IMG/VR virus record: IMGVR_UViG_3300025687_000056
Coordinates: 1-55,658 of that record
Reading direction: 5' to 3' (one strand)
Length of the DNA: 55,658 bases
Source: a virus
Lineage: Duplodnaviria > Caudoviricetes
Under the pieces are notes generated by a model. The model worked only from the letters and a program-made list of their open reading frames with translations. It was not told where the DNA came from and ran no database searches. The first letter of the stretch is position 1. Each line of letters begins with the position of its first letter. Positions 48,601-54,165 of the stretch are shown piece after piece. A program made the position numbers and the translations under genes.

Positions 48601-49190
48601 GAACCAGATGAGCCTGAGGTTCCTGATGAGCCTGAGGTTCCTGATGAACCTGAGGTTCCACTAGAGCCAGAACTACCTGAAGTTCCGCTAGAGCCGGAAC
48701 TACCTGAAGTTCCACTAGAGCCAGAACTACCTGAAGTTCCTGATGAACCACTAGTTCCACTTGAGCCTGATGAGCCAGATGTTCCTGAACTACCTGAAGT
48801 TCCTGATGTTCCAGATGAAGGCATATCAGAATATTCTACTTCTCCAGTAGCAGGTATATAAGTTACAACATATGAAGGACTAGCTTCATATGGTAAAGTT
48901 TGAATTATAATAGGTTGGGAAGAACCAGAGATTACTAATGAGCCGGTAATTACTGCTGAACCAGAAAATGGGAAACCTATACCTGAACCTGATATAAAGA
49001 CTGTTACTCCTTCTGTTGAAGAAATAATATCTGTATAAGCATCAACTGAGCCTGTAAAATTAATAAAAGGAGCACTAGATTTAACTAGTGACCCAGTATA
49101 ATATATATCAATAGTACCATTACCACTTCCTGCTGTATCCGCTTGGAAAACCCCTACTGGTACCTGATCAAGGAATCTAACTTTAGCCAT
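36642..49190 (-). CDS. giant Gly-X-Ser repeat fibre protein (4182 aa) with C-terminal peptidase S74 intramolecular chaperone
   Basis: About 126-aa N-terminal domain; Gly-X-Y repeat at aa 127-3871; beta-rich tip (TINGEANLTFDG, VGIGTAAP); SDIRKK...GVIAQE...YLSVAY...LIEGIKE plus coiled coil (36642-36935). Class II motif at 49202-49209. Confidence 0.9.
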   Translation of the reverse strand: MAKVRFLDQVPVGVFQADTAGSGNGTIDIYYTGSLVKSSAPFINFTGSVDAYTDIISSTEGVTVFISGSGIGFPFSGSAVITGSLVISGSSQPIIIQTLPYEASPSYVVTYIPATGEVEYSDMPSSGTSGTSGSSGTSGSSGSSGTSGSSGTSGSSGSSGTSGSSGSSGTSGSSGSSGTSGSSGTSGSSGTSGSSGSSGSSGSSGTSGSSGTSGSSGTSGSSGSSGTSGSSGSSGTSGSSGTSGSSGTSGSSGSSGTSGSSGSSGTSGIDGTSGSSGSSGTSGSSGTSGSSGTSGSSGSSGTSGSSGSSGTSGSSGTSGSSGTSGSSGSSGTSGSSGSSGTSGSSGTSGSSGSSGTSGSSGSSGTSGSSGSSGTSGSSGSSGTSGIDGTSGSSGSSGTSGSSGSSGTSGSSGTSGSSGTSGSSGTSGSSGSSGTSGSSGSSGTSGIDGTSGSSGTSGSSGSSGTSGSSGSSGTSGSSGTSGSSGTSGSSGSSGTSGSSGSSGTSGIDGTSGSSGTSGSSGTSGSSGSSGTSGSSGSSGTSGSSGTSGSSGTSGSSGSSGTSGSSGSSGTSGSSGTSGSSGTSGSSGSSGTSGSSGSSGTSGSSGTSGSSGSSGTSGSSGSSGTSGSSGTSGSSGTSGSSGSSGTSGSSGSSGTSGSSGTSGSSGTSGSSGSSGTSGISGVNGTSGSSGTSGSSGSSGTSGSSGSSGESGTSGSSGSSGTSGSSGSSGTSGISGVNGTSGSSGTSGSSGSSGTSGSSGSSGESGTSGSSGSSGTSGSSGSSGTSGSSGSSGTSGSSGTSGSSGSSGTSGSSGSSGTSGSSGSSGTSGSSGSSGTSGISGVNGTSGSSGTSGSSGTSGSSGSSGTSGSSGSSGTSGSSGTSGSSGSSGTSGSSGSSGTSGSSGTSGSSGTSGSSGTSGSSGSSGTSGSSGSSGTSGSSGTSGSSGTSGSSGSSGTSGSSGSSGTSGSSGTSGSSGSSGTSGSSGSSGTSGSSGISGVNGTSGSSGTSGSSGSSGESGTSGSSGTSGSSGSSGTSGSSGSSGTSGSSGTSGSSGTSGSSGSSGTSGSSGSSGTSGSSGSSGTSGSSGTSGSSGTSGSSGSSGTSGSSGSSGTSGSSGTSGSSGTSGSSGTSGSSGSSGTSGSSGSSGTSGISGVNGTSGSSGTSGSSGTSGSSGSSGESGTSGSSGSSGTSGSSGSSGTSGSSGSSGTSGSSGTSGSSGTSGSSGTSGSSGSSGTSGSSGSSGTSGSSGTSGSSGTSGSSGSSGTSGSSGSSGTSGSSGTSGSSGTSGSSGSSGTSGSSGSSGTSGISGVNGTSGSSGTSGSSGTSGSSGSSGTSGSSGSSGTSGSSGTSGSSGTSGSSGSSGTSGSSGSSGTSGSSGTSGSSGTSGSSGTSGSSGSSGTSGSSGSSGTSGSSGTSGSSGTSGSSGSSGTSGSSGSSGTSGSSGTSGSSGTSGSSGSSGTSGISGVNGTSGSSGTSGSSGTSGSSGTSGSSGSSGTSGSSGSSGTSGSSGTSGSSGTSGSSGSSGTSGSSGSSGTSGSSGTSGSSGTSGSSGSSGTSGSSGSSGTSGSSGTSGSSGTSGSSGTSGSSGSSGTSGSSGSSGTSGSSGTSGSSGTSGSSGSSGTSGSSGSSGTSGSSGSSGTSGSSGTSGSSGTSGSSGSSGTSGSSGSSGTSGISGVNGTSGSSGTSGSSGTSGSSGTSGSSGSSGTSGSSGSSGTSGSSGTSGSSGTSGSSGTSGSSGSSGTSGSSGSSGTSGSSGTSGSSGTSGSSGSSGTSGSSGSSGTSGSSGTSGSSGTSGSSGSSGTSGSSGSSGTSGSSGTSGSSGTSGSSGSSGTSGSSGSSGTSGSSGTSGSSGTSGSSGTSGSSGSSGTSGSSGSSGTSGISGVNGTSGSSGTSGSSGTSGSSGSSGTSGSSGSSGTSGSSGTSGSSGTSGSSGSSGTSGSSGSSGTSGSSGTSGSSGTSGSSGTSGSSGSSGTSGSSGSSGTSGSSGTSGSSGTSGSSGSSGTSGSSGSSGTSGSSGTSGSSGTSGSSGSSGTSGSSGSSGTSGSSGTSGSSGTSGSSGTSGSSGSSGTSGSSGSSGTSGSSGSSGTSGISGVNGTSGSSGTSGSSGTSGSSGTSGSSGSSGTSGSSGSSGTSGSSGTSGSSGTSGSSGTSGSSGSSGTSGSSGSSGTSGSSGTSGSSGTSGSSGSSGTSGSSGSSGTSGSSGTSGSSGSSGTSGSSGSSGTSGSSGSSGTSGSSGTSGSSGTSGSSGSSGTSGSSGSSGTSGSSGTSGSSGTSGSSGTSGSSGSSGTSGSSGSSGTSGISGVNGTSGSSGTSGSSGTSGSSGSSGTSGSSGSSGTSGSSGTSGSSGTSGSSGSSGTSGSSGSSGTSGSSGTSGSSGTSGSSGTSGSSGSSGTSGSSGSSGTSGSSGTSGSSGTSGSSGSSGTSGSSGSSGTSGSSGTSGSSGSSGTSGSSGSSGTSGSSGTSGSSGSSGTSGSSGSSGTSGSSGTSGSSGTSGSSGSSGTSGSSGSSGTSGISGVNGTSGSSGTSGSSGTSGSSGTSGSSGSSGTSGSSGSSGTSGSSGTSGSSGTSGSSGTSGSSGSSGTSGSSGSSGTSGSSGTSGSSGTSGSSGSSGTSGSSGSSGTSGSSGTSGSSGSSGTSGSSGSSGTSGSSGSSGTSGSSGTSGSSGTSGSSGSSGTSGSSGSSGTSGSSGTSGSSGTSGSSGTSGSSGSSGTSGSSGSSGTSGISGVNGTSGSSGTSGSSGTSGSSGSSGTSGSSGSSGTSGSSGTSGSSGTSGSSGSSGTSGSSGSSGTSGSSGTSGSSGTSGSSGSSGTSGSSGSSGTSGSSGTSGSSGTSGSSGTSGSSGSSGTSGSSGSSGTSGSSGTSGSSGTSGSSGSSGTSGSSGSSGTSGSSGSSGTSGSSGTSGSSGTSGSSGTSGSSGSSGTSGSSGSSGTSGISGVNGTSGSSGTSGSSGTSGSSGTSGSSGFSGTSGSSGSSGTSGSSGTSGSSGTSGSSGSSGTSGSSGSSGTSGSSGTSGSSGTSGSSGTSGSSGSSGTSGSSGSSGTSGSSGTSGSSGTSGSSGSSGTSGSSGSSGTSGSSGTSGSSGTSGSSGTSGSSGSSGTSGSSGSSGTSGSSGTSGSSGTSGSSGSSGTSGSSGSSGTSGTSGSSGTSGSSGSSGTSGSSGSSGTSGSSGTSGSSGTSGSSGSSGTSGSSGSSGTSGISGVNGTSGSSGTSGSSGTSGSSGTSGSSGSSGTSGSSGSSGTSGSSGTSGSSGTSGSSGSSGTSGSSGSSGTSGATGAAGTSGTSGSSGTSGSSGTSGSSGSSGTSGSSGSSGTSGSSGTSGSSGSSGTSGSSGSSGTSGSSGTSGSSGTSGSSGSSGTSGSSGSSGTSGNSGTSGSSGTSGSSGTSGSSGSSGTSGSSGSSGTSGSSGTSGSSGTSGSSGTSGSSGSSGTSGSSGSSGTSGATGAAGTSGTSGSSGTSGSSGTSGSSGTSGSSGSSGTSGSSGSSGTSGISGVNGTSGTSGATGAAGTSGTSGSSGTSGSSGTSGSSGSSGTSGSSGSSGTSGATGSPGTPGTSGTSGSSGTSGSSGTSGSSGSSGTSGSSGSSGTSGATGSPGTPGTSGTSGSSGTSGSSGTSGSSGSSGTSGSSGSSGTSGATGSPGASGTSGSSGTSGSSGTSGSSGSSGTSGSSGSSGTSGATGSPGASGTSGSSGTSGSSGTSGSSGTSGSSGSSGTSGSSGSSGTSGSSGASGASGTSGTSGTSGSSGTSGSSGSSGTSGSSGSSGTSGATGAAGAAGTSGTSGSSGTSGSSGTSGSSGSSGTSGSSGSSGTSGATGATGAAGTSGTSGSSGTSGSSGSSGTSGSSGSSGTSGAAGASGTSGSSGTSGSSGTSGSSGTSGAATISNNTNNYVLTATGTSTINGEANLTFDGSYLKVGSGASANATLSVKGSGTTSATKNFVVETGNGTSIMDFRDDTYAFFGCGQTGGSASGFIFPYSNTSYTQFAGYNYGAGSGAYKSILMDTDTVSRDKGVFVGYDVSTNTPPSSTEFAVRGTGTTSATYCAQFVDDSRTSILIVRNDKRVGIGTAAPSYPLHVALDVSGDSIYASGDIIASSDIRKKTEIQVIENAIEKIKEIRGVTFLKTDTDQTKRKMGVIAQEIEKVAPEAVSTDSEGYLSVAYGNLVGLLIEGIKEQQDQIDNLKQEIEKLKNK
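37578..48812 (-). repeat. 9-nt-period coding tandem repeat (~1248 Gly-X-Y triplets, mainly GSS/GTS)
   Basis: Gly at every third residue between aa 127 and 3871 (3744 residues apart, divisible by 3); no register break seen; synonymous codons vary widely. Confidence 0.95.
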
Positions 49191-49201
49191 TATTGTTTAC
49201 T

Positions 49202-49209
49202 ATAAATAT
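49202..49209 (-). promoter_or_regulatory. class II motif upstream of the giant fibre gene
   Basis: AATATTTATA with the 8-mer 11 nt upstream of the ATG at 49190. Confidence 0.7.
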
Positions 49210-49214
49210 TGGCC

Positions 49215-50153
49215 TTATCCGACTGAGGTTGATCTATTTGAAGCTCTTTTAGCGTTTGGATCTTCAGTTACAATTCTTCCACCTTCTGTATTTCCATCAA
49301 AAATATCTTGATTATTTGTAGCTTCAATTGAAAATATTACTTTTGCTCCTTCAGAGTATTTTTTAGTTGCGTTCATGTCTTTTTGAATTGTATCTGGTAT
49401 TATATATCCGTTTAATGTTAAATCAAATGTACTTCTAACAATTCGTTCACTACTTTCTGCTAATTCTGTTTGAAAACCAAAAGAATTTATCATAGCTTTA
49501 AATTTAAAACGTTCTGGATCTCCCCAGTATGAGTCAGAAGCATATTCTATAGCTTCAATTATTTTATTTTGTTGTTCTACATAGTATGTAAAAACTATAA
49601 ATGAGTAAGTGACAGTTAAATAATCAGGCATCACTACAGCATAATATGTTTTAGATGGTGCTCTGTTATTTAATACTTTAAAATTATCATATATTTCTTT
49701 AGGGTTGTATTTTTTAGTAAATACACCATAATTGTAAGGTGAGTTAGCATCTAATTTATTAGCAATGCTCCTATTTTTTTCAATGTTTGTTCTTTTAAAC
49801 ATAATTAAAGGAGCCATTAAAGCACCCTTTAAATCTCTTAAGTAACCATCTTTTTGATAGGATTTCCATTTTTCAGGATCTCCATATAACACAGGAACCT
49901 CTACTCTTTGGCCATTTTGAACTGTAAAAGGCTTAATAACATTTCTCATATAATAGAAAATAGCCTCATCAATGTCTTGTATGCCTATACTAAAGGGCTT
50001 TGTGTTATCACCTTTAAATGAGGTTTGTAACGCTCTATTTTTTGTATCTAACGATAAGTTAGGATTGCCTTCTTGAGGAAAAGAAGGAACATGTTGAGCT
50101 ATACTTAACTCTTTTTGGGTTGCTGGTATTGGTTTTCTTCCGTTTATTGGCAT
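49215..50153 (-). CDS. tail terminator / sheath stabilizer (T4 gp15-like)
   Basis: VPVLYGDPEKW and P.Y.TVTYSF.V.T...EQ.NKIIE pattern; follows the two neck genes. Confidence 0.7.
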   Translation of the reverse strand: MPINGRKPIPATQKELSIAQHVPSFPQEGNPNLSLDTKNRALQTSFKGDNTKPFSIGIQDIDEAIFYYMRNVIKPFTVQNGQRVEVPVLYGDPEKWKSYQKDGYLRDLKGALMAPLIMFKRTNIEKNRSIANKLDANSPYNYGVFTKKYNPKEIYDNFKVLNNRAPSKTYYAVVMPDYLTVTYSFIVFTYYVEQQNKIIEAIEYASDSYWGDPERFKFKAMINSFGFQTELAESSERIVRSTFDLTLNGYIIPDTIQKDMNATKKYSEGAKVIFSIEATNNQDIFDGNTEGGRIVTEDPNAKRASNRSTSVG

Positions 50154-50674
50154 TATAATCTTTGATTTATTATACCAACTCTATCAGCTGGTACATAGTG
50201 GGCAGAACATATAACTGATACGTTATAACCGAATTCTCCTAGGTCTGTTTCGTATGGGTTATTATCATTATCATCTAAATAAGGATATTGTGGATCTTTT
50301 CCTACAAATAATTGATTAATTTCTGTGTTATCAATTTCCCAATATCCATTACTCCACATTATGAAATCTCCTACTTCAGGAACTAAATTAGCATCTACTA
50401 AATCATCTCTTAGAAATCTAAAAGTTATAGGCCAATTAAATCCTATCTGTTCATCTAAAATTGGTGATGTTTGTCCTGATCTATCAATTAAAGAGAATAT
50501 AAGTAAAGGTTCATTAAATATTCTACCTTGTGAAGCTTCACCATACATATTAGTTACTGTTTCACCAACATTACATTTATAATATACTACTTGTTGAGAA
50601 ATAATATTATGCATCAATTCACGATTCATGAATCGAAACATACTAATATCCCTCATTTGTCCGTATAGTGCCAT
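50153..50674 (-). CDS. neck / head closure protein (T4 gp14-like)
   Basis: VVYYK...NMYGEA, PEVGDFI.W....WEI; synteny gp13-gp14-gp15. Confidence 0.7.
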   Translation of the reverse strand: MALYGQMRDISMFRFMNRELMHNIISQQVVYYKCNVGETVTNMYGEASQGRIFNEPLLIFSLIDRSGQTSPILDEQIGFNWPITFRFLRDDLVDANLVPEVGDFIMWSNGYWEIDNTEINQLFVGKDPQYPYLDDNDNNPYETDLGEFGYNVSVICSAHYVPADRVGIINQRL

Positions 50675-50675
50675 A

Positions 50676-51908
50676 TTATCCTATAAAAATTGTCATTGGT
50701 ACCTGGTTGATTTCTTGTACACGTGCTGCTGATTCCGCTGCTCTTCTTTCAAGTAATGATTGGCGAGAAGTTTGATCAAAATATTCTCTTAATCTTGTAA
50801 TTAAAGTTTCTTGTTCAGTAATACCTTGTGTAGCTAAAGAATCACCATTTAGTGTTACTTCAGCTCCTGGAATAGGAATTTGAGAGTATTTGTTACGAGT
50901 TAAGCCTAGCATTTCTTTAGCTTTAGCTAAAGTGTACTCGAATATCCAGCTTCTACCAATTGAATTAATTTTAGAATAAGTTGGATTTAAATAAGGAGCA
51001 TCTGATGTATTGGTAATTTTGTTTGTACCGTTTGCAAAAGCAGCATCAATTCTATCTTGTATTTTAATAAAGTCAAATATTAAATATTCACCATAATATA
51101 AATTAGCTCCACCATCAATTCCATCATCAGCAAATCCTGTTCCTGGAACAGGGAATACTGATAGTACATTATCTACAATGTTAAAAGTATAATTTGAAAG
51201 CATTACTTGGTTTTGCATTTCAATTGCTTGAATGTTTTGCATAGTAAAGCTTGTAGGCATCATTAAATAATTAGCATATCCATATCCAAATCCATATAAA
51301 CCAGCAGCAGGAACACCTCCTAAACCACCTTGTCCAGTTAGTAAAGAAGTAGAATATAATTGATTAACTGCGGGTGGTGGTTGATACCAAACATTTTTAA
51401 TTTCTATACCTCCGGTTATACCTTCGGCTTCTGCCCAAGCTGCTAAATCATACTTTTGTTGGCCTGGTACTAGGGTTAATCTACCTTTATACCAAGTTAC
51501 ATTACCTCCAACACCTGCTTCTTCACCATATTGTTGAGATAATCTAACAATAGAAGCCATTGTAGGAGTAAATACAGAATTATTTACATCAATTCTATCA
51601 GAAGCACCTTCTAAAGATAAGTAATTATCTCTTAATTGGAAAGCATACAATTCATTTCCATATACAGTTACTGCTTCTTCAAAAGCAGCAAAAAAGTTAA
51701 TATCTTGTAATTCGACGTTTTCAATAGGATAACCTAAGTGCAAAGCACAAAAGTTAGAAACTTTGTTAGCATCGGTTTGGAATTGGGTATCATTGTCATA
51801 AAACCCAAATGGGGTAGGAGGTGGCCACGTACCTGTTCCATAATAAGAAGCAGATACTTGAACAAAGGATGCTGAGCCGGGCCAAATTGGAATTACTGTA
51901 GATGCCAT
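50676..51908 (-). CDS. neck / head-tail adaptor protein (T4 gp13-like)
   Basis: LGYP..NVEL near the N-terminus; WIFEYTLAKAKEMLG..RNKY..IPIPGAEVTLNG.SL near the C-terminus. Confidence 0.8.
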   Translation of the reverse strand: MASTVIPIWPGSASFVQVSASYYGTGTWPPPTPFGFYDNDTQFQTDANKVSNFCALHLGYPIENVELQDINFFAAFEEAVTVYGNELYAFQLRDNYLSLEGASDRIDVNNSVFTPTMASIVRLSQQYGEEAGVGGNVTWYKGRLTLVPGQQKYDLAAWAEAEGITGGIEIKNVWYQPPPAVNQLYSTSLLTGQGGLGGVPAAGLYGFGYGYANYLMMPTSFTMQNIQAIEMQNQVMLSNYTFNIVDNVLSVFPVPGTGFADDGIDGGANLYYGEYLIFDFIKIQDRIDAAFANGTNKITNTSDAPYLNPTYSKINSIGRSWIFEYTLAKAKEMLGLTRNKYSQIPIPGAEVTLNGDSLATQGITEQETLITRLREYFDQTSRQSLLERRAAESAARVQEINQVPMTIFIG

Positions 51909-51914
51909 AATTTA

Positions 51915-52337
51915 TTAGGTTGTTACTATGTAATATTCTATACTTGCAGAACTTCCAGATGGTTCTACTTTTACAGATTTAATACTATCAAAAGATAAAC
52001 CACTTGTACTTCCAGTCATTTGGGTTGAAGACATCATATATGAACTTCCAGTAGTTATTAAATAACTCATAGCTTCTGTTGAAGAAGATATAATTAATTG
52101 AATAGGAGTTGTAGTAGAATTGTTTGTTACTCTAACATATTTTACACTACTTGTTACAAAAGTACCGGCTCCCGGTACAGAATCAAATGAAAATAAAGTT
52201 GTTACTGATCCTGATGGGACACTTAAGATTCTATTATCAACATAATTAACATTAGTAATAGTATTAACTACAGAAGATCCTACATCGTCTCCGTTTAAAC
52301 TTAAAATTTCGTATATTTGGGAAGTAAAAGTTGCCAT
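51915..52337 (-). CDS. S/T-rich small virion protein
   Basis: 140 aa, very Ser/Thr-rich with four [S/T]GS motifs; class II motif at 52349-52356. Confidence 0.65.
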   Translation of the reverse strand: MATFTSQIYEILSLNGDDVGSSVVNTITNVNYVDNRILSVPSGSVTTLFSFDSVPGAGTFVTSSVKYVRVTNNSTTTPIQLIISSSTEAMSYLITTGSSYMMSSTQMTGSTSGLSFDSIKSVKVEPSGSSASIEYYIVTT

Positions 52338-52376
52338 ACCTTTTAGTTATAAATATTAAAAGGATATGGGAACGTT

Positions 52377-53111
52377 CTATCTTTTTGAAGTTCCGTTAGT
52401 TCCTGATGTACCTAAAGTTAATCCTTTTTCTGCTGCTTCTTCATAAATATTTATCAAGTCTGATACAATCGGGTCTCTATGATTTTGTTTTAAAGTAATT
52501 GCTGCCATATTTTTAACTTTACGAGCGGCTGTGTATAAGAATCTAAAACCAGAATCACGTTTTGCTTTTAAGTCTACCTGGTGGTCATCTCCGCAAATAA
52601 TCATTTTGCTTCGTAAACCAATACGGGTAGCTATCATTTCCATTTGCTCGTGGGTAACGTTTTGAGCCTCATCTACAATAATACAAGCATCTAAGAATGT
52701 TCTACCTCTCATAAATGCTAAAGGTACAATTTCTATTTTGCCATCTTCAATTAATTTTTCTACTTTATCTTTATCATATAAAGCATACATATTTTGATAG
52801 ATAGGTTGAATCCAAGGATCCATTTTTTCTCTTAAGTCACCTGGTAAGAATCCAATTTCTTCTTTTGATACTGTTGGTCTTGTAATGATAATTTTCTCAT
52901 AATGTCTTCTTATGAGACCATCTAAAGCCACTTGAACAGCTAATAACGTTTTACCTGAACCGGCGGAACCTGCTAAAAGAGTTAATGTATTATTTAATAT
53001 TTCTTCTTTAGCTAATTTTTGTTCTTCGTTTAATTGAATTTTGAATTTAATAGGATTTTTTATCACTCGTTGTTGTCTATGCACCTCATCGGTGTGTGGT
53101 CTTGATGCCAT
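52377..53111 (-). CDS. phoH: PhoH-family ATPase
   Basis: GSAGSGKT, ITRP, GFLPGDL.EK, MRGRTF, DEAQN, TRIG..SK..ICGD..Q.DL, HR.PIV. Confidence 0.93.
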   Translation of the reverse strand: MASRPHTDEVHRQQRVIKNPIKFKIQLNEEQKLAKEEILNNTLTLLAGSAGSGKTLLAVQVALDGLIRRHYEKIIITRPTVSKEEIGFLPGDLREKMDPWIQPIYQNMYALYDKDKVEKLIEDGKIEIVPLAFMRGRTFLDACIIVDEAQNVTHEQMEMIATRIGLRSKMIICGDDHQVDLKAKRDSGFRFLYTAARKVKNMAAITLKQNHRDPIVSDLINIYEEAAEKGLTLGTSGTNGTSKR

Positions 53112-53165
53112 TGTTTAAGAACATTAGTTAAACTTATTGTTTATTATAAATATTGTGAAAACAAA

Positions 53166-53804
53166 TTAGTATGTTTTTCTTAGAGTAAAGATTCGAGAGT
53201 AAATTGAATCACTTGCGTTTGAATTGGCCCAGATTGCCTTAACTACTAATGTGTTATCTATAGTAGTGTCAAAGGTAGTATTATTGACAGAACTAAAAAT
53301 TTCAGTCACAACATCACCAGCAGAATTTGTTCTAAAAGTAAATGTACCTGCAGAAGCAATTTCAGCTACTCCAGCTGCTCCAATTGCATTAATTGAAAAA
53401 TCTATATTTAATGTCCAATCCTTATTAGTGACATTAGGCATAGTAATAACACCTGTGTCTGCAAGATTTGTACCATCTGATTCAATATGGATTTCAAGAG
53501 TGTGGTTTTGTACAGCAGTTAATTTACCATGAAAATTAGCTGTAAAAGCATCTCCTACTTTAAATCCATTAGCAGGAACTGATAAGGTACCTGCACCTCC
53601 ATCTATTAAACTACCTGTTGGGGCATTACCTAAAACAGGAGTACTATCACCTGTTTGATTAAATAAACCATAATTACTAGATAAACTAGTATAAAGTGAA
53701 TTTAAAGATGTTTGTTTTGTTACTCCATCTTGAACCATAGCAAATAGTTCAGTTCCGTCTAAAGTATTACCTGTTGGTAATCCTGATATTGGTAAATTTG
53801 GCAT
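53166..53804 (-). CDS. putative virion (head decoration-like) protein
   Basis: N-terminal PISGLP....L.GTE....VQDGVTK motif common in phage appendage proteins; beta-rich body; lies downstream of the MCP. Confidence 0.55.
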   Translation of the reverse strand: MPNLPISGLPTGNTLDGTELFAMVQDGVTKQTSLNSLYTSLSSNYGLFNQTGDSTPVLGNAPTGSLIDGGAGTLSVPANGFKVGDAFTANFHGKLTAVQNHTLEIHIESDGTNLADTGVITMPNVTNKDWTLNIDFSINAIGAAGVAEIASAGTFTFRTNSAGDVVTEIFSSVNNTTFDTTIDNTLVVKAIWANSNASDSIYSRIFTLRKTY

Positions 53805-53805
53805 G

Positions 53806-54087
53806 TTATATTAAAGCTGTTACAAAAATTCCAGATCCATCTTCTTGAAGAATTAAAAAATAATCATTATCAACAGGATCAAACTCTTCTTGAGCTAACA
53901 ATCCAATATTTTGAATTGTAGGAATACGAGGTCCTTTATTTTGATAATCTATCCAATTTAATCTCGCTATAGATAAATCTGATATATATTGGTTATAATA
54001 TGTTATTTGTTCATTAAGGGATAATTTAGCTATTTTAGGTAATTTACTAAATTGTTGCCAAGTTAACTCCTCAAATATATTAAACAT
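53806..54087 (-). CDS. small hypothetical protein, probably virion-associated
   Basis: 93 aa with C-terminal LILQEDGSGI; class II motif at 54094-54101. Confidence 0.6.
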   Translation of the reverse strand: MFNIFEELTWQQFSKLPKIAKLSLNEQITYYNQYISDLSIARLNWIDYQNKGPRIPTIQNIGLLAQEEFDPVDNDYFLILQEDGSGIFVTALI

Positions 54088-54108
54088 ATAATTATAAATA
54101 TAACAGTA

Positions 54109-54142
54109 AAAACAAAAAGCCCCGCTTTCGCGGGGCTCTTTT
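54109..54142 (-). terminator. intrinsic terminator after the major capsid gene
   Basis: AGCCCCGC-GAAA-GCGGGGCT (54118-54137) followed by TTTTGTTTTT. Confidence 0.92.
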
Positions 54143-54165
54143 AATGTTTATCCGTTTGGATTAGA

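Noticed and set aside
37538-48760. Many Q/V/L/H/E-rich minus-strand and M/N/L/F-rich plus-strand ORFs
   Set aside because: Alternative-frame artefacts of the 9-nt repeat; the minus-strand ones start and stop at the GISGVNG/GIDG marker codons.
37578-48812. CRISPR array or non-coding satellite
   Set aside because: No constant repeat with unique spacers; variation is mostly synonymous, showing protein-coding selection.
37549-48861. 3770-aa plus-strand P/E/D/L/V-rich ORF
   Set aside because: It is the in-register antisense shadow of the Gly/Ser/Thr codons, whose complements cannot be stops. It is nearly co-extensive with the repeat, has a TTG start and no domains.
14343-54101. Canonical T4 late promoters TATAAATA driving plus-strand transcripts
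   Set aside because: No credible plus-strand genes, and some copies read GATAAATA. Positions fit minus-strand starts, so the motif is treated as ATATTTAT.
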